From contig DASXSL010000023.1 in assembly GCA_036506035.1 (NCBI GenBank), positions 10 through 64,009 of the forward strand: DNA of 64,000 bases. The letters run 5' to 3'. Shown in pieces: positions 29,729-41,200 of the stretch (its first letter is position 1; every line of letters starts with the position of its first letter). This DNA is from Gemmatimonadaceae bacterium. Lineage in GTDB: Bacteria; Gemmatimonadota; Gemmatimonadetes; Gemmatimonadales; Gemmatimonadaceae. The position numbers were made by a program, and so were the translations under genes. A model generated the notes under the pieces. It was not told where the DNA came from. It searched no databases and worked only from the letters and a program-made list of their open reading frames with translations.

Positions 29729-29758
29729 TTGACGCGCGTGGCCTATTGCGGTTAATTT
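29729..29758 (+). promoter_or_regulatory. Putative sigma70 promoter of groESL
   Basis: TTGACG, then 18 nt, then TAATTT, immediately upstream of CIRCE. Confidence 0.6.
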
Positions 29759-29764
29759 GAGGTC

Positions 29765-29791
29765 TTAGCACTCACTACGGTCGAGTGCTAA
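29765..29791. promoter_or_regulatory. CIRCE element (HrcA operator)
   Basis: Perfect TTAGCACTC-N9-GAGTGCTAA upstream of groES. Confidence 0.97.
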
Positions 29792-29841
29792 CAGCAGAGA
29801 CCCCTCCAAAGCCACTTAACCTAGCAGAAGGGCAGCTAACT

Positions 29842-30150
29842 ATGGCCACAAAAACACAAACCAGCACCAAAGTCGCTCCCCTCGCCGATCGCGTCGTCGT
29901 CAAGGCGCTCGAGGACACGGAGCAGATGCGCGGTGGATTGTTCATCCCCGACACCGCCAAGGAAAAGCCGCAGCAGGGTGAGATCATTGCCGTCGGCCCG
30001 GGCCGCTACGAGAAGAACGTCCGCGTTCCGATGGAGCTCAAGGTCGGCGACAAAGTTCTGTACGGGAAGTACAGCGGCACCGAAGTCACCATCGACACCG
30101 AACAGTATCTGATCCTTCGCGAGTCCGATGTGCTCGCGGTCGTGAACTAA
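29842..30150 (+). CDS. groES: Co-chaperonin GroES
   Basis: [29 protein letters not shown]. Confidence 0.97.
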   Translation: MATKTQTSTKVAPLADRVVVKALEDTEQMRGGLFIPDTAKEKPQQGEIIAVGPGRYEKNVRVPMELKVGDKVLYGKYSGTEVTIDTEQYLILRESDVLAVVN

Positions 30151-30161
30151 CCATTAGCTAA

Positions 30162-31814
<1,653 letters not shown>

Positions 31815-31817
31815 AGG

Positions 31818-31856
31818 GACAGCTGGGAGCGACCGGCTAGCAGCCGGGAGCTACAG
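31818..31856. repeat. Degenerate 7-bp periodic repeat
   Basis: AGC/GGC recurs at 31821, 31828, 31835, 31842 and 31849. Confidence 0.4.
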
Positions 31857-31874
31857 CTGAAAGACAGCTTAGAG

Positions 31875-31909
31875 GCGAGGAGCGCAGGGTGGCTCCTCGC
31901 TTTTTTTTT
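31875..31909 (+). terminator. groEL intrinsic terminator
   Basis: GCGAGGAGC-loop-GCTCCTCGC followed by T9. Confidence 0.92.
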
Positions 31910-31919
31910 ACGGGCCCCC

Positions 31920-31948
31920 TTGACCGATCGTCAAAGGGCGGATATCAT
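31920..31948 (+). promoter_or_regulatory. Putative sigma70 promoter of the met operon
   Basis: TTGACC, then 17 nt, then TATCAT, about 20 nt upstream of the riboswitch. Confidence 0.75.
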
Positions 31949-31967
31949 CACCAAACAATCGAAATAC

Positions 31968-32020
31968 CTGTGGTCATTTGCCGCGTATTGCAGCCACGTT
32001 AAAAAAATGCTAAAAAGCGA
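31968..32020 (+). ncRNA. SAM-II (SAM-II/V superfamily) riboswitch
   Basis: GTGGTCATTTG-CCGCGTA-TTGCAGCCACGTTAAAAAAAT-GCTAAAAAGCG follows the SAM-II pseudoknot consensus and lies upstream of hom-metX-metB. Confidence 0.88.
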
Positions 32021-32060
32021 GGAACGCCCGCGGCCACACAGCCCCGGGCGTTCTGCTTTA
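32021..32060 (+). terminator. Terminator-like hairpin, probable riboswitch expression platform
   Basis: GAACGCCCG...CGGGCGTTC followed by TGCTTTAT (weak U tract). Confidence 0.55.
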
Positions 32061-32088
32061 TGCGCGGAGTCTTTTGACGAGGATCGAC

Positions 32089-33471
32089 ATGACTCCCCAG
32101 CAGTTAGAAGTAGAGACACCGTCCGATTTGACCTTTTCTCTTCCTGACCGGACGGCCACGCGCAGTAAGCAGTCGACGCGCTACCCTGAAAAGCTTTTCG
32201 AAAACCAGCGGCTGCTCTCCAAGCGGCAGACGACAATCCGCATCGCTCTCGCCGGTTGCGGCGTGGTCGGTGGCGGACTCGTGCGGCTGCTCCACGAATC
32301 GGCATCCGCCATCGCCTCACGGTTCGGTGTCCGCTTCGTCATCACGAAAGTTCTCGTTCGCGACACGACGCGCGACAGAAAGCTTCCTATCGATTCGAAG
32401 CTCTTCACAAATGATCTCGAATTGTTTCTCGCCGAGGACGCCGACGTCGTGATCGAGGCAGTAGGCGGACAGGAGCCAGCGCGAACCATTGCCATCAGTG
32501 CGCTGCGTCGAGGCAGAAAATTGATCACCGCCAACAAGGAGCTGATCGCGGCTTACGGCGAAAGCCTCCACGCCCTCGCTACGGCGAACGAGACCGGACT
32601 CGACTTCGGCGCCGCAGTCGGCGGCAGCGCGCCGGTGATCTCAACTCTGCGCGATCTGGTTGGAGCGTGCGCGCCGCGTTCGGTGCGCGGAATTCTCAAT
32701 GGGACTTCCAACTTCCTCATCTCTCAGCTCGAGCGCGGAGCTTCACTCGATGCAGCGCTCGCTACCGCGTGCCAGCGGGGACTCGCCGAGGCTGACTGCA
32801 GTCGCGACCTCGATGGAAGCGACGCTGCGGCCAAGCTCTCGATCATCGCCTGGATCGCCTATGGCGTGAAGCCGTCGTCCCTTCAGTTGCGCAGAACGTC
32901 GCTCATTCCCGGACTGCCGCATCTCGTGCAGCTAAGTGAGCTGCTCGGCGGTCGGGTCCGTTTGATCGGGGAGTGTACACTGCTCGGGGGCGACCGCATT
33001 ACTGCCGCTGTCGAGCCCGTGATCGTTCCCGAGTCGAGCCCGTTTGCGCGCACCACCTGCGAAGACAATCGAGTCGAGGTAGATCTCGGTTGGACGTCAC
33101 CGCTAACGGTGTCGGGACCTGGCGCGGGTGGCGCGCCGACGGCAGCGGCGTTATTGAGCGATCTGGTGCGCGCTTCTTCTCCGCCGAACGATCGCGGTGT
33201 TGACGTGGCGCAATTCGTCTCTGTTCCCGACAGCCGCGAGCATCGCTGGTTGATCGGTGCCCGGCTGGCCGCCACAGATTTGGTGCGACTGGCTGGAGCC
33301 GCCAGTCTTCAGGTCGCCAATTCCCGAGTCGCGGGAGATTACGCCTGTGTCGTCGTCGGGCCGGCGCACTGGGACAAAACTCAACTACTGTTCCACGAGC
33401 TCGAAACTCTCAACGCAGCGCCGTGCGTCGCACGCTGCGAGCTCTTCGACGCAGAGGAGGCCAACCAATGA
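32089..33471 (+). CDS. hom: Homoserine dehydrogenase
   Basis: GCGVVG, ITANK, GILNGTSN, EAD..D..G.DAAAK, GPGAG; RBS GAGGA before ATG 32089. Confidence 0.9.
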   Translation: MTPQQLEVETPSDLTFSLPDRTATRSKQSTRYPEKLFENQRLLSKRQTTIRIALAGCGVVGGGLVRLLHESASAIASRFGVRFVITKVLVRDTTRDRKLPIDSKLFTNDLELFLAEDADVVIEAVGGQEPARTIAISALRRGRKLITANKELIAAYGESLHALATANETGLDFGAAVGGSAPVISTLRDLVGACAPRSVRGILNGTSNFLISQLERGASLDAALATACQRGLAEADCSRDLDGSDAAAKLSIIAWIAYGVKPSSLQLRRTSLIPGLPHLVQLSELLGGRVRLIGECTLLGGDRITAAVEPVIVPESSPFARTTCEDNRVEVDLGWTSPLTVSGPGAGGAPTAAALLSDLVRASSPPNDRGVDVAQFVSVPDSREHRWLIGARLAATDLVRLAGAASLQVANSRVAGDYACVVVGPAHWDKTQLLFHELETLNAAPCVARCELFDAEEANQ

Positions 33472-34472
33472 GCCGCCTCGCTCTCGTTCGCGAGTTCACA
33501 CCCGATGTCGCTCCGAACCTCGACACAGGTCTCGAACTACCCAGCGCATCGGTGCTGACTGCTCCCTTTGGGTCGAGCAAAGTCTCCTACGAGTTGACTG
33601 GTGCAGCCGGTGCACCGGTTGTGGCAGTTCTTGGCGGAATTTCTGCCACTAGGCACGTGACATCGACCGCGCCTGACCCGCGTGCCGGTTGGTGGGAAAA
33701 TGTCGTCGGCGATCAACGCGCGATCGATACCACGAAATTTCGCGTCATCTCGTTCGACTATGTCGAGAGGCTGCCGGGGAATGCGCCGGTTACGACTGAC
33801 GATCAGGCCCGGGCTCTTGCTGCCTCTCTTGATCACGCCGGCATCGATCGGCTCCATGCTGTCGTCGGAGCATCCTACGGCGGGATGGTCGCACTAGCCT
33901 TCGGCGCCTCTTTTCCCGCGCGCACCAGTCGGTTGATCGTGATTAGCGCTGCCCACCAGAGCGACCCGTTGGCGACCGCTCTCCGGCATCTCCAACGTCG
34001 AGTGGTAGAGCTCGGCGCCGCCACTGGTCGCGAACGCGACGGATTATCGATCGCCCGCGGAATTGCGATGACCAGCTATTTGACGCCTCGTTATTTCGAA
34101 GAGCGGATCGAGTTGGACGCGCTCGACGATGTCAGGACGGTCGAAGATCGCATCGGCCGTTACTTGAAAACCCGCGGCGAACAATTCGCCGATCATTGGA
34201 CTTCCGAGCGCTACAATGCTCTCTCTCTATCGCTGGATCTGCACTCGGTGCGGCCGGAGGAAATAACCGTTCCAACAACTGTCGTCGCGATCGCCAGCGA
34301 CAGACTGGTGCCGATCGCCCAGTCGCGAGAGCTCGCCGGCAGATTGTCGGGGCCGAGCCAGTTGATCGAGCTCGATTCGTTTTTCGGACACGATGCATTT
34401 CTCGGCGATTGGTCGCGCGTCGCGATATTCGTCGAAGAGCTACTGGGCATAGAACCGAGGATTATCTCATGA
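33468..34472 (+). CDS. metX: Homoserine O-acyltransferase, MetX family (probably succinyltransferase type)
   Basis: GGISA, nucleophile elbow GASYGG, GHDAF; operon context. Confidence 0.85.
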   Translation: MSRLALVREFTPDVAPNLDTGLELPSASVLTAPFGSSKVSYELTGAAGAPVVAVLGGISATRHVTSTAPDPRAGWWENVVGDQRAIDTTKFRVISFDYVERLPGNAPVTTDDQARALAASLDHAGIDRLHAVVGASYGGMVALAFGASFPARTSRLIVISAAHQSDPLATALRHLQRRVVELGAATGRERDGLSIARGIAMTSYLTPRYFEERIELDALDDVRTVEDRIGRYLKTRGEQFADHWTSERYNALSLSLDLHSVRPEEITVPTTVVAIASDRLVPIAQSRELAGRLSGPSQLIELDSFFGHDAFLGDWSRVAIFVEELLGIEPRIIS

Positions 34473-35710
34473 GCGACGAGTCGAGGGTGTCGTCGGCGCG
34501 CCGATCCAGAAAGGCTGCGACTTGCGCGGTGCGTGCCGGAATCGCCGCCGATCTGCATCACGGTGCAGTAGTGCCGCCAATCCATCTTTCGGCGACTTTT
34601 GCTTTCGAAGGCTTTGGCAAGAAACGCCTCTACGACTACACTCGCACCGGCAATCCGACGCGGGAGTACTTGTCGAATGCGCTTGCCGAGCTCGAGGGCG
34701 GGGAAGCCGGCGTTGTGACGAGCACTGGGATGTCGGCCGTGGCCTTGGTCCTTCAGCTGGTACGGCCTGGCGATCTCATTCTCGCCGCGCACGATTGTTA
34801 CGGCGGCACCCATCGCATTCTTCGATCGCTAGCCGCGCGCGGGCACTTCGATGTCGAATTCAGCGATCTGACTGCTGTGAACGCCGCGGAGATCGTGGCG
34901 GCGCGTCGGCCCAAGCTGTTATGGATCGAAACGCCCAGCAATCCTTTGCTCAGAATCACCGACCTCTCGACGTTAACGGCGGCGGGACACGATGCCGGCG
35001 CGATAGTGTGCGTCGACAACACGTTTCTCTCGCCAGCATTGCAACGACCGATCGAATTCGGAGCGGATCTCGTCGTCCACTCGACGACTAAGTACCTCAA
35101 CGGACATAGCGATGTGGTCGGAGGCGCTGTTATCGCGGCCGATGCTGCGCTCGCCGAAGAGCTGGCATGGTGGGCGAACTGTTTGGGAATCACCGGCGCG
35201 CCATTCGACAGCTTTCTCACCCTGCGCGGCGTGCGAACTCTACACGCGCGGATCCGCGTTCACTGCGAGAACGCGCTGCGCGTGGTGGGCGCGTTGTGCG
35301 GCCATCCGGCCGTACAGCGCGTCTACTATCCGGGGCTGCCAACGCATCCAGGCCACCGTGTCGCCGCGAGCCAGCAGGATGGTTTCGGCGCGATGGTGAG
35401 CTTCGAGATAAATGGCGGCCTCGACAATGTCGAGCGGTTCGTCAATACACTGAAGTGTTTTACTCTGGCGGAGTCGCTCGGCGGAGTGGAAAGCCTCGTT
35501 GCGCATCCGGCAACGATGACGCACGCGTCGATGGACGAGCAGGCGCGCGCCACTGCCGGCATATCGAACTCCTTGCTCAGATTGTCGGTAGGCATCGAGG
35601 ACGGCGACGATCTCGTTGCGGATCTAACGACTGCTCTCGAGGCTGTCGCGGAGGAAGCTGCAGAGAGTGACCTGGAGAAGGACCCGCTGGAGGCTGGCGT
35701 GAACGTCTAA
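34469..35710 (+). CDS. metB: Cystathionine gamma-synthase
   Basis: YTRTGNPTR, ETPSNP, VDNTF, HSTTKYLNGHSD, AESLGGVESL. Confidence 0.9.
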   Translation: MSDESRVSSARRSRKAATCAVRAGIAADLHHGAVVPPIHLSATFAFEGFGKKRLYDYTRTGNPTREYLSNALAELEGGEAGVVTSTGMSAVALVLQLVRPGDLILAAHDCYGGTHRILRSLAARGHFDVEFSDLTAVNAAEIVAARRPKLLWIETPSNPLLRITDLSTLTAAGHDAGAIVCVDNTFLSPALQRPIEFGADLVVHSTTKYLNGHSDVVGGAVIAADAALAEELAWWANCLGITGAPFDSFLTLRGVRTLHARIRVHCENALRVVGALCGHPAVQRVYYPGLPTHPGHRVAASQQDGFGAMVSFEINGGLDNVERFVNTLKCFTLAESLGGVESLVAHPATMTHASMDEQARATAGISNSLLRLSVGIEDGDDLVADLTTALEAVAEEAAESDLEKDPLEAGVNV

Positions 35711-35791
35711 CAGTTGCGGGCGTGGGGGAAGGGCTGCAAATCTAAGTTCAGTTATCGATTCCTTCCCTACGCTTGGTAGCAGGATGGTCCA

Positions 35792-36970
35792 ATGTCAGCG
35801 AAGCTTGTATCAGCTGCCTTTGTCTTTTTAGCGGCAGTTCCCCTGGCGGCGCAGACTCCCGCCTACATCGTGACTCGACTGGGTGTTGATACGGTCGCCA
35901 TCGAGCGTTACAGCCGCAGCGGAAACAGGCTCGAGGGAGATCTGGTACTCCGACATCCAAGGGTGCGGACGATCCATTACGTCGCTGAGCTTGGACCGCA
36001 GGGAGAAATCCGAACCTTGACCACTACGGTCCGTAGACCAACTACGGATCCGAAGGGGCCGCCGGTGATGCAAACGGTGACCCGCTTCGCCGACACCCTC
36101 GCCGTGATCGAGGTTCAGCGAAACGGGCAGGCAGACACAGCGGCAAGCGGGAAGAAGGCTTATCGCGGCGGCGTTGCTCCGATGATCGGCGTCGAGCCGA
36201 CTTCATACGGTATCTACGAGCAGCTGCTCTCAGCTGCGAAGCTGGGGCGGGACAGCGTTTCTTATGCGCTGATCGCTCCTGGTTCGGGTCCCAGTCCCGC
36301 GATCATCCTGCGCCGGCGCGGCGCTGACTCGGTCTCGTTCACGAGTACGTTCTTCCCAGGCTGGACCGAGGTTGCGCGCGTCGACCCGCGCGGCCGGATC
36401 CTTGGGATCGATGCCAGTGCCACGACCGTCAAGACAGTCGCTCAAAGAGTTCCGAATCTGGATTTCGACAACGTCGTGAAATCCTGGGCGGCAACCGAAG
36501 CCGCACGTGGCGGCATGATGGGTCAAATGTCGCCGCCGGATACTGCGCGAGTAGCAATCGGTGGTGCGAATCTCGTCGTCGCCTACAGCCGGCCGTTCAA
36601 GCGCGGTCGTGTGATTTTCGGAAACATCGTTCCCTGGAATCAGGTCTGGCGGACTGGAGCAAATGCAGCGACGATGTTCACCACCGACAAGGATCTCGTT
36701 TTCGGATCGACGGTGGTGCCGGCGGGGAAGTACACCTTGTGGACGGTACCGACTCCGAGTGGAGCAAAGCTGATCTTCAATAGCGAGACGGGCCAATGGG
36801 GAACCGACTACCACCCCGACAAGGATTTCGCGCGCGTCGATCTCGCCGGCAAACAAGTCAATCCACCAGTCGAGCAATTCGTGATCGGAATAACACCCCA
36901 GGGGGCTGGCGGACTCCTGAGTTTCACCTGGGACGATCGCCAGTACAGCGTTCCTTTCACCGTGAAATGA
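35792..36970 (+). CDS. DUF2911 domain exported protein
   Basis: Signal peptide; YSRPFKRGRVIFG, WRTGAN, AGKYTL, QWG. Confidence 0.8.
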   Translation: MSAKLVSAAFVFLAAVPLAAQTPAYIVTRLGVDTVAIERYSRSGNRLEGDLVLRHPRVRTIHYVAELGPQGEIRTLTTTVRRPTTDPKGPPVMQTVTRFADTLAVIEVQRNGQADTAASGKKAYRGGVAPMIGVEPTSYGIYEQLLSAAKLGRDSVSYALIAPGSGPSPAIILRRRGADSVSFTSTFFPGWTEVARVDPRGRILGIDASATTVKTVAQRVPNLDFDNVVKSWAATEAARGGMMGQMSPPDTARVAIGGANLVVAYSRPFKRGRVIFGNIVPWNQVWRTGANAATMFTTDKDLVFGSTVVPAGKYTLWTVPTPSGAKLIFNSETGQWGTDYHPDKDFARVDLAGKQVNPPVEQFVIGITPQGAGGLLSFTWDDRQYSVPFTVK

Positions 36971-36973
36971 GCC

Positions 36974-37402
36974 ATGACCACGCCTGATGTTGCACCGCAG
37001 AAAGACCGCTGGGCACGCGCCATCGGTTACGGCCTGCTTGCCGAGATCGCGACGATTTTTACGATCGTCGCAGTGGTGTTGATCTATCGCTACGTCTTCG
37101 CGCGTACGCAGTCCGAAGCTGACTATGTTGCCTTCGCCGAGCGCGTCGGTGCGATACTAGGGGTCGTCGGCGGCGCCTTGTACGTTTTCCTGTTTGCTCA
37201 TCGGCTTATGCGATGGCTGTCAGGGCGCTTCGTCGCCCACGGAATAGTTCTGGCGATCGCGGCGATCGCGCTTTCGATCGGCGGATCGCTCGCCGGCCAC
37301 CAGGGAGTTCCGCCGGCCTACGCTCTCGCGTCCGCGCTCAAGCTGGCAGCCGGAGCGCTGGCTGGTTGGTTGGCCTCGAGAAGAGCGCATCTCACCAGTT
37401 GA
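36974..37402 (+). CDS. Hypothetical membrane protein (about 4 TM)
   Basis: Hydrophobic segments; follows DUF2911 by 3 nt and ends before a terminator. Confidence 0.65.
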   Translation: MTTPDVAPQKDRWARAIGYGLLAEIATIFTIVAVVLIYRYVFARTQSEADYVAFAERVGAILGVVGGALYVFLFAHRLMRWLSGRFVAHGIVLAIAAIALSIGGSLAGHQGVPPAYALASALKLAAGALAGWLASRRAHLTS

Positions 37403-37415
37403 ACAAAGCAGACCG

Positions 37416-37449
37416 AAAAAAAAAGGCCGACGAGATCGTCGGCCTTTTT
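37416..37449. terminator. Bidirectional intrinsic terminator
   Basis: A9-GGCCGACG-AGAT-CGTCGGCC-T5 between convergent genes. Confidence 0.92.
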
Positions 37450-37467
37450 ATTTGCAAGTAGTGTCTT

Positions 37468-38100
37468 CTAATCCGTAACGGTTAGCGAGATCGGATTATC
37501 GAGATAAACGACTTGCTCGTCCCGCCGAAAGTGGATGATGCGCCAGAACCAGTTTTCGCCGCGTGGCTGGCCGCCGTGTTCCATTATCATCTTGGCGAGG
37601 TCGGCCACCTCCTCGGGATTCATCCGCAAACAGCCATGTGACTCGGCAGATCCGAGGCTCTCGACGTCGTCCGTGCCATGAATGTAGTAGTCGGGTTCCT
37701 TGAAGAAGATCTTCACGACCTTCATCGGATTGCCTGGATCACCGGGACCTTTCGCCGTTTTACCTTTCGCCCAGGCCGCACCCGGTGGCGGTTTCCAGCT
37801 CGGATTCCACACGATTTTTCTGATCGCGTATGCACCCGGTGGTGTCGGATAGCGCGGCTGCCCGATCGCGACAGGGTACGCTCTGATAGTGGCGTCGCCC
37901 TGCTTGACGATCAGCATTCTGGCGCGCAGATCCGCGCGCAAGGTGAGCGGCGTTTCTTGACGGTGAGGCGTTTCGACAGCCGTGTCCCGGCCGGCGGTAG
38001 TCGCGGTGCGAGGGACTTCGATTTGCCCGTTGACGGGGGCACACGCGGCGCTCGCCGCGAGAAAAGCCAGAGCTGCTAAAGTCTTACGCGATATCATCAT
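37468..38100 (-). CDS. L,D-transpeptidase (YkuD family), probable lipoprotein
   Basis: YPVAIG, TPPG, IHGT...SHGCLRM; ATG 38100 gives a signal peptide ending SAAC. Confidence 0.88.
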   Translation of the reverse strand: MMISRKTLAALAFLAASAACAPVNGQIEVPRTATTAGRDTAVETPHRQETPLTLRADLRARMLIVKQGDATIRAYPVAIGQPRYPTPPGAYAIRKIVWNPSWKPPPGAAWAKGKTAKGPGDPGNPMKVVKIFFKEPDYYIHGTDDVESLGSAESHGCLRMNPEEVADLAKMIMEHGGQPRGENWFWRIIHFRRDEQVVYLDNPISLTVTD

Positions 38101-38143
38101 CTGCCGATTGAGTTTTCCGTTATCTGTGTCTCTGAGACAGATG

Positions 38144-38172
38144 ATTATACAAATGTCGTTCCACGTGACCAA
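38144..38172 (-). promoter_or_regulatory. Putative sigma70 promoter for the L,D-transpeptidase
   Basis: Minus-strand TTGGTC, then 17 nt, then TATAAT. Confidence 0.55.
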
Positions 38173-38270
38173 GGCTCTGCAGTAGCTAGCCTCCGCTAGC
38201 GGGCTTCTACATTTTTCGCGGATCAAATGAGCGGAGTTTTCGCCTGACCCTCGCAAAAATTCTCCGAGCA

Positions 38271-41200
38271 GTGTGCGCGTTGCTGACCGCCGGCCTCCCG
38301 ATTTTGTCAGTGGAGTCGCACGCTCAACAGCTCGATGCGTCGCTCTACTCCAATCTGCGTTGGCGAATGGTCGGCCCATTTCGCGCCGGCAGGACCGTGG
38401 GCGCCAGCGGTGTGCGCGGCCAGCCGAATGTCTTTTACATAGGAGTCAACAACGGCGGCGTTTGGAAGACGACCGACTTTGGGCACACCTGGGCACCGAT
38501 CTTCGATGAGCAGCCGACCGGATCTATCGGAGATCTCGCCGTGGCTCAATCAAATCCGAATGTCGTTTACGTCGGGACGGGCGAGGGACTACAGCGACCT
38601 GACCTGTCGACCGGCGATGGCGTTTACAAATCGACCGATGCCGGAAAAACCTGGCGACACCTTGGACTGCGCGACGGGCAGCAGATCGGCGGCATTATCA
38701 TCGACCCGCGCGATGAGAACAGGATATTCGTCGCCGTGCTCGGTCACCCATACGGACCGAACGCAGAGCGCGGCGTCTACAGGTCGACCAACGGCGGCGA
38801 GACCTTTGAGAAAGTTCTCTACAAGGACGAGAACACCGGCGCAATTCAGGTCGCGTTCGATCCGACCAATCCGCAAACCGTCTACGCTTCGCTTTGGGCA
38901 GGAAGGCAGGGGCCGTGGGAGAATTCCTCCTGGAACGGACCACTGAGCGGGCTCTTCAAATCGGTCGATGGCGGAACGACCTGGCGACAGATAGGAAAGG
39001 GATTCCCAACTGCTGCACAGGGCCTTGGAAGAATCGGTTTCACTATCGCGCCCAGCGATCCGCAGCGAATGTACGGTACAGTGGACGCTCCGACGCTCGG
39101 CGGCATCTACCGCTCCGATGATGCCGGCGAGACGTGGCGTCGCACCAACGATGAAGTGCGCGTCTGGGGACGCGCCTCGGACTTCGCGGAAGTGAAAGTC
39201 GATCCTCGCAATCCTGACGTGATGTACTCGGCCAATACATCGACCTATCGTTCCACTGATGGTGGCAAGACTTTCACTGCGATCAAAGGAGCACCGGGCG
39301 GAGACGATTACCACCGGATCTGGATCAATCCTGACAATCCGGACATTATGCTCATCGCCGCGGACCAGGGAGCGACGATCACCGTCAACGGCGGAAAGAC
39401 CTGGAGCTCCTGGTACAATCAGCCTACCGCCCAGTTCTATCACGTCATCACCGACAACCAGATCCCATACTGGGTCTATGGTGGACAGCAGGAGAGCGGC
39501 TCTGTCGGTACGATGAGTCGCGGCGACTATGGCGCGATCACTTTCCGGGAGTGGAATCAGGTCGGAGTGGAAGAGTACGGCTACGTCGCGCCAGATCCGC
39601 TCGATCCTAACATCATTTACGGCGGCAAGATCTCCCGCTTCGACCAGCGTTCACGCGAGGTCCAGAACATCAGCCCCGAAGCTGTCCGCTCGGGGAAGTA
39701 CAGATTCCTTCGCACTGCGCCGGTGATTTTCTCGACGGTGGATCCGCACATTTTGTACTTCGCCGGTAACGTCCTGTTCAAGACGACGAACGGCGGCCAC
39801 AGCTGGGACGTCATCAGCCCCGATCTCACCCGACAGACGTACGATGTCCCGGCGAGCTACGGCATCTTCACCAACGGTGATCCATCGAGGGCGCAAAATC
39901 GTGGAGTGATCTATACCGTCGCGCCGTCGTTCAGGAACGTGAACACCATTTGGACCGGTTCCGATGACGGGGTGATCAACCTTACTCGTGACGGCGGAAA
40001 GACCTGGACGAACGTGACTCCTGCTGCGCTGACGCCATGGAGCAAGGTTTCCCTAATGGAAGCGTCGCATTTCGACGACGAGACCGCCTACGCCGCGATC
40101 AACCGGTTCAAGCTCGACGATCTGCATCCGCACATCTATCGGACTCACGACGGCGGCAAAAGCTGGACGGAGATCGTCAACGGGATTCCTGAGGGTGAGG
40201 TGGTGAACTCCGTGCGCGAAGATCCAGTTCGACGCGGCCTATTGTTCGCGGGAACCGAGCGTGCCGTCTACTTCTCCCTCGACGATGGTGGGCATTGGCA
40301 ATCGCTCCGCCTGAACATGCCGGCAACTTCCATTCGCGATCTCGTCATCCACGATGATGACATCGTCGTCGGAACACACGGGAGATCGTTCTGGATCCTC
40401 GACGACATGACGCCGTTGCGGCAGCTCGATGTCAGGCCGGCGAGCGAGACTTTCCTCTTCAAGCCCAAGCTTGCGTACCGGTTCCGTCGCAACAAGAACA
40501 CGGACACACCGTTGCCCCCCGAGGAGCCGGCGGGGAAGAATCCTCCCGATGGCGCAATCATCAGGTACAGGATTGGCTCGGGTGCGACGACTCCAGTGGT
40601 ACTCGATATTCTCGATGGTGCCGGCAAAGTCGTGCGCACCTATTCGAGCGCCGATTCGGTCCAGGCCATCGAGACTGACCTCAACGTTCCGACCTATTGG
40701 GTGCGGCCGCCGCGGAGATTGGCAGCAACTCATGGCACCCACACCTTCGTCTGGGATCTCCACTATCCGCCGCCGCAGGTTCTATCGCACGAGTATCCCA
40801 TCTCGGCGATTTATGGAGACACTCCTCGATATCCGCTCGGGCCGGCGGTGTTGCCTGGCACCTACACCGTCAGATTGACTGTGAACGGCCGTCGATATGA
40901 CCAGCCTCTGACGGTGAAAATGGATCCGCGCGTTCGCATCAGCGCTGTCGGTCTCCGCCTTCAGCACGACATCGGCGTTAGAATGAACGATGCGATCAGC
41001 CGCGATTTTGCGGCGCTGAGTGAGATTCGTGCGCAGAGAGGACTGCTGAGAACGCAGCGAGAGGGTGCAAAGGCGAAGGAAGTCGCCGACTCACTCATCG
41101 CTCTGGATTCAACGTTAGCAGGGTTGGAGAACAGCGGCCGCGGTGCGGCTGCGGCAGGCTTCGTCCAGTTGAACGAGCAACTCGCTGGTGTTCTGGATAC

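Noticed and set aside
31920-32147. Leader-peptide ORF before hom
   Set aside because: It starts inside the -35 box and has no Met/Thr/Ile codon run; the region is explained by the promoter and riboswitch.
35720-35772. Long-loop inverted repeat after metB (GCGTGGGGGAAGG / CCTTCCCTACGC)
   Set aside because: Imperfect, no U tract and no second copy seen, so it cannot be called a terminator or MITE.
38101-38379. N-terminal extension of the L,D-transpeptidase ORF
   Set aside because: It spans the divergent promoter region; the signal peptide begins at 38100.
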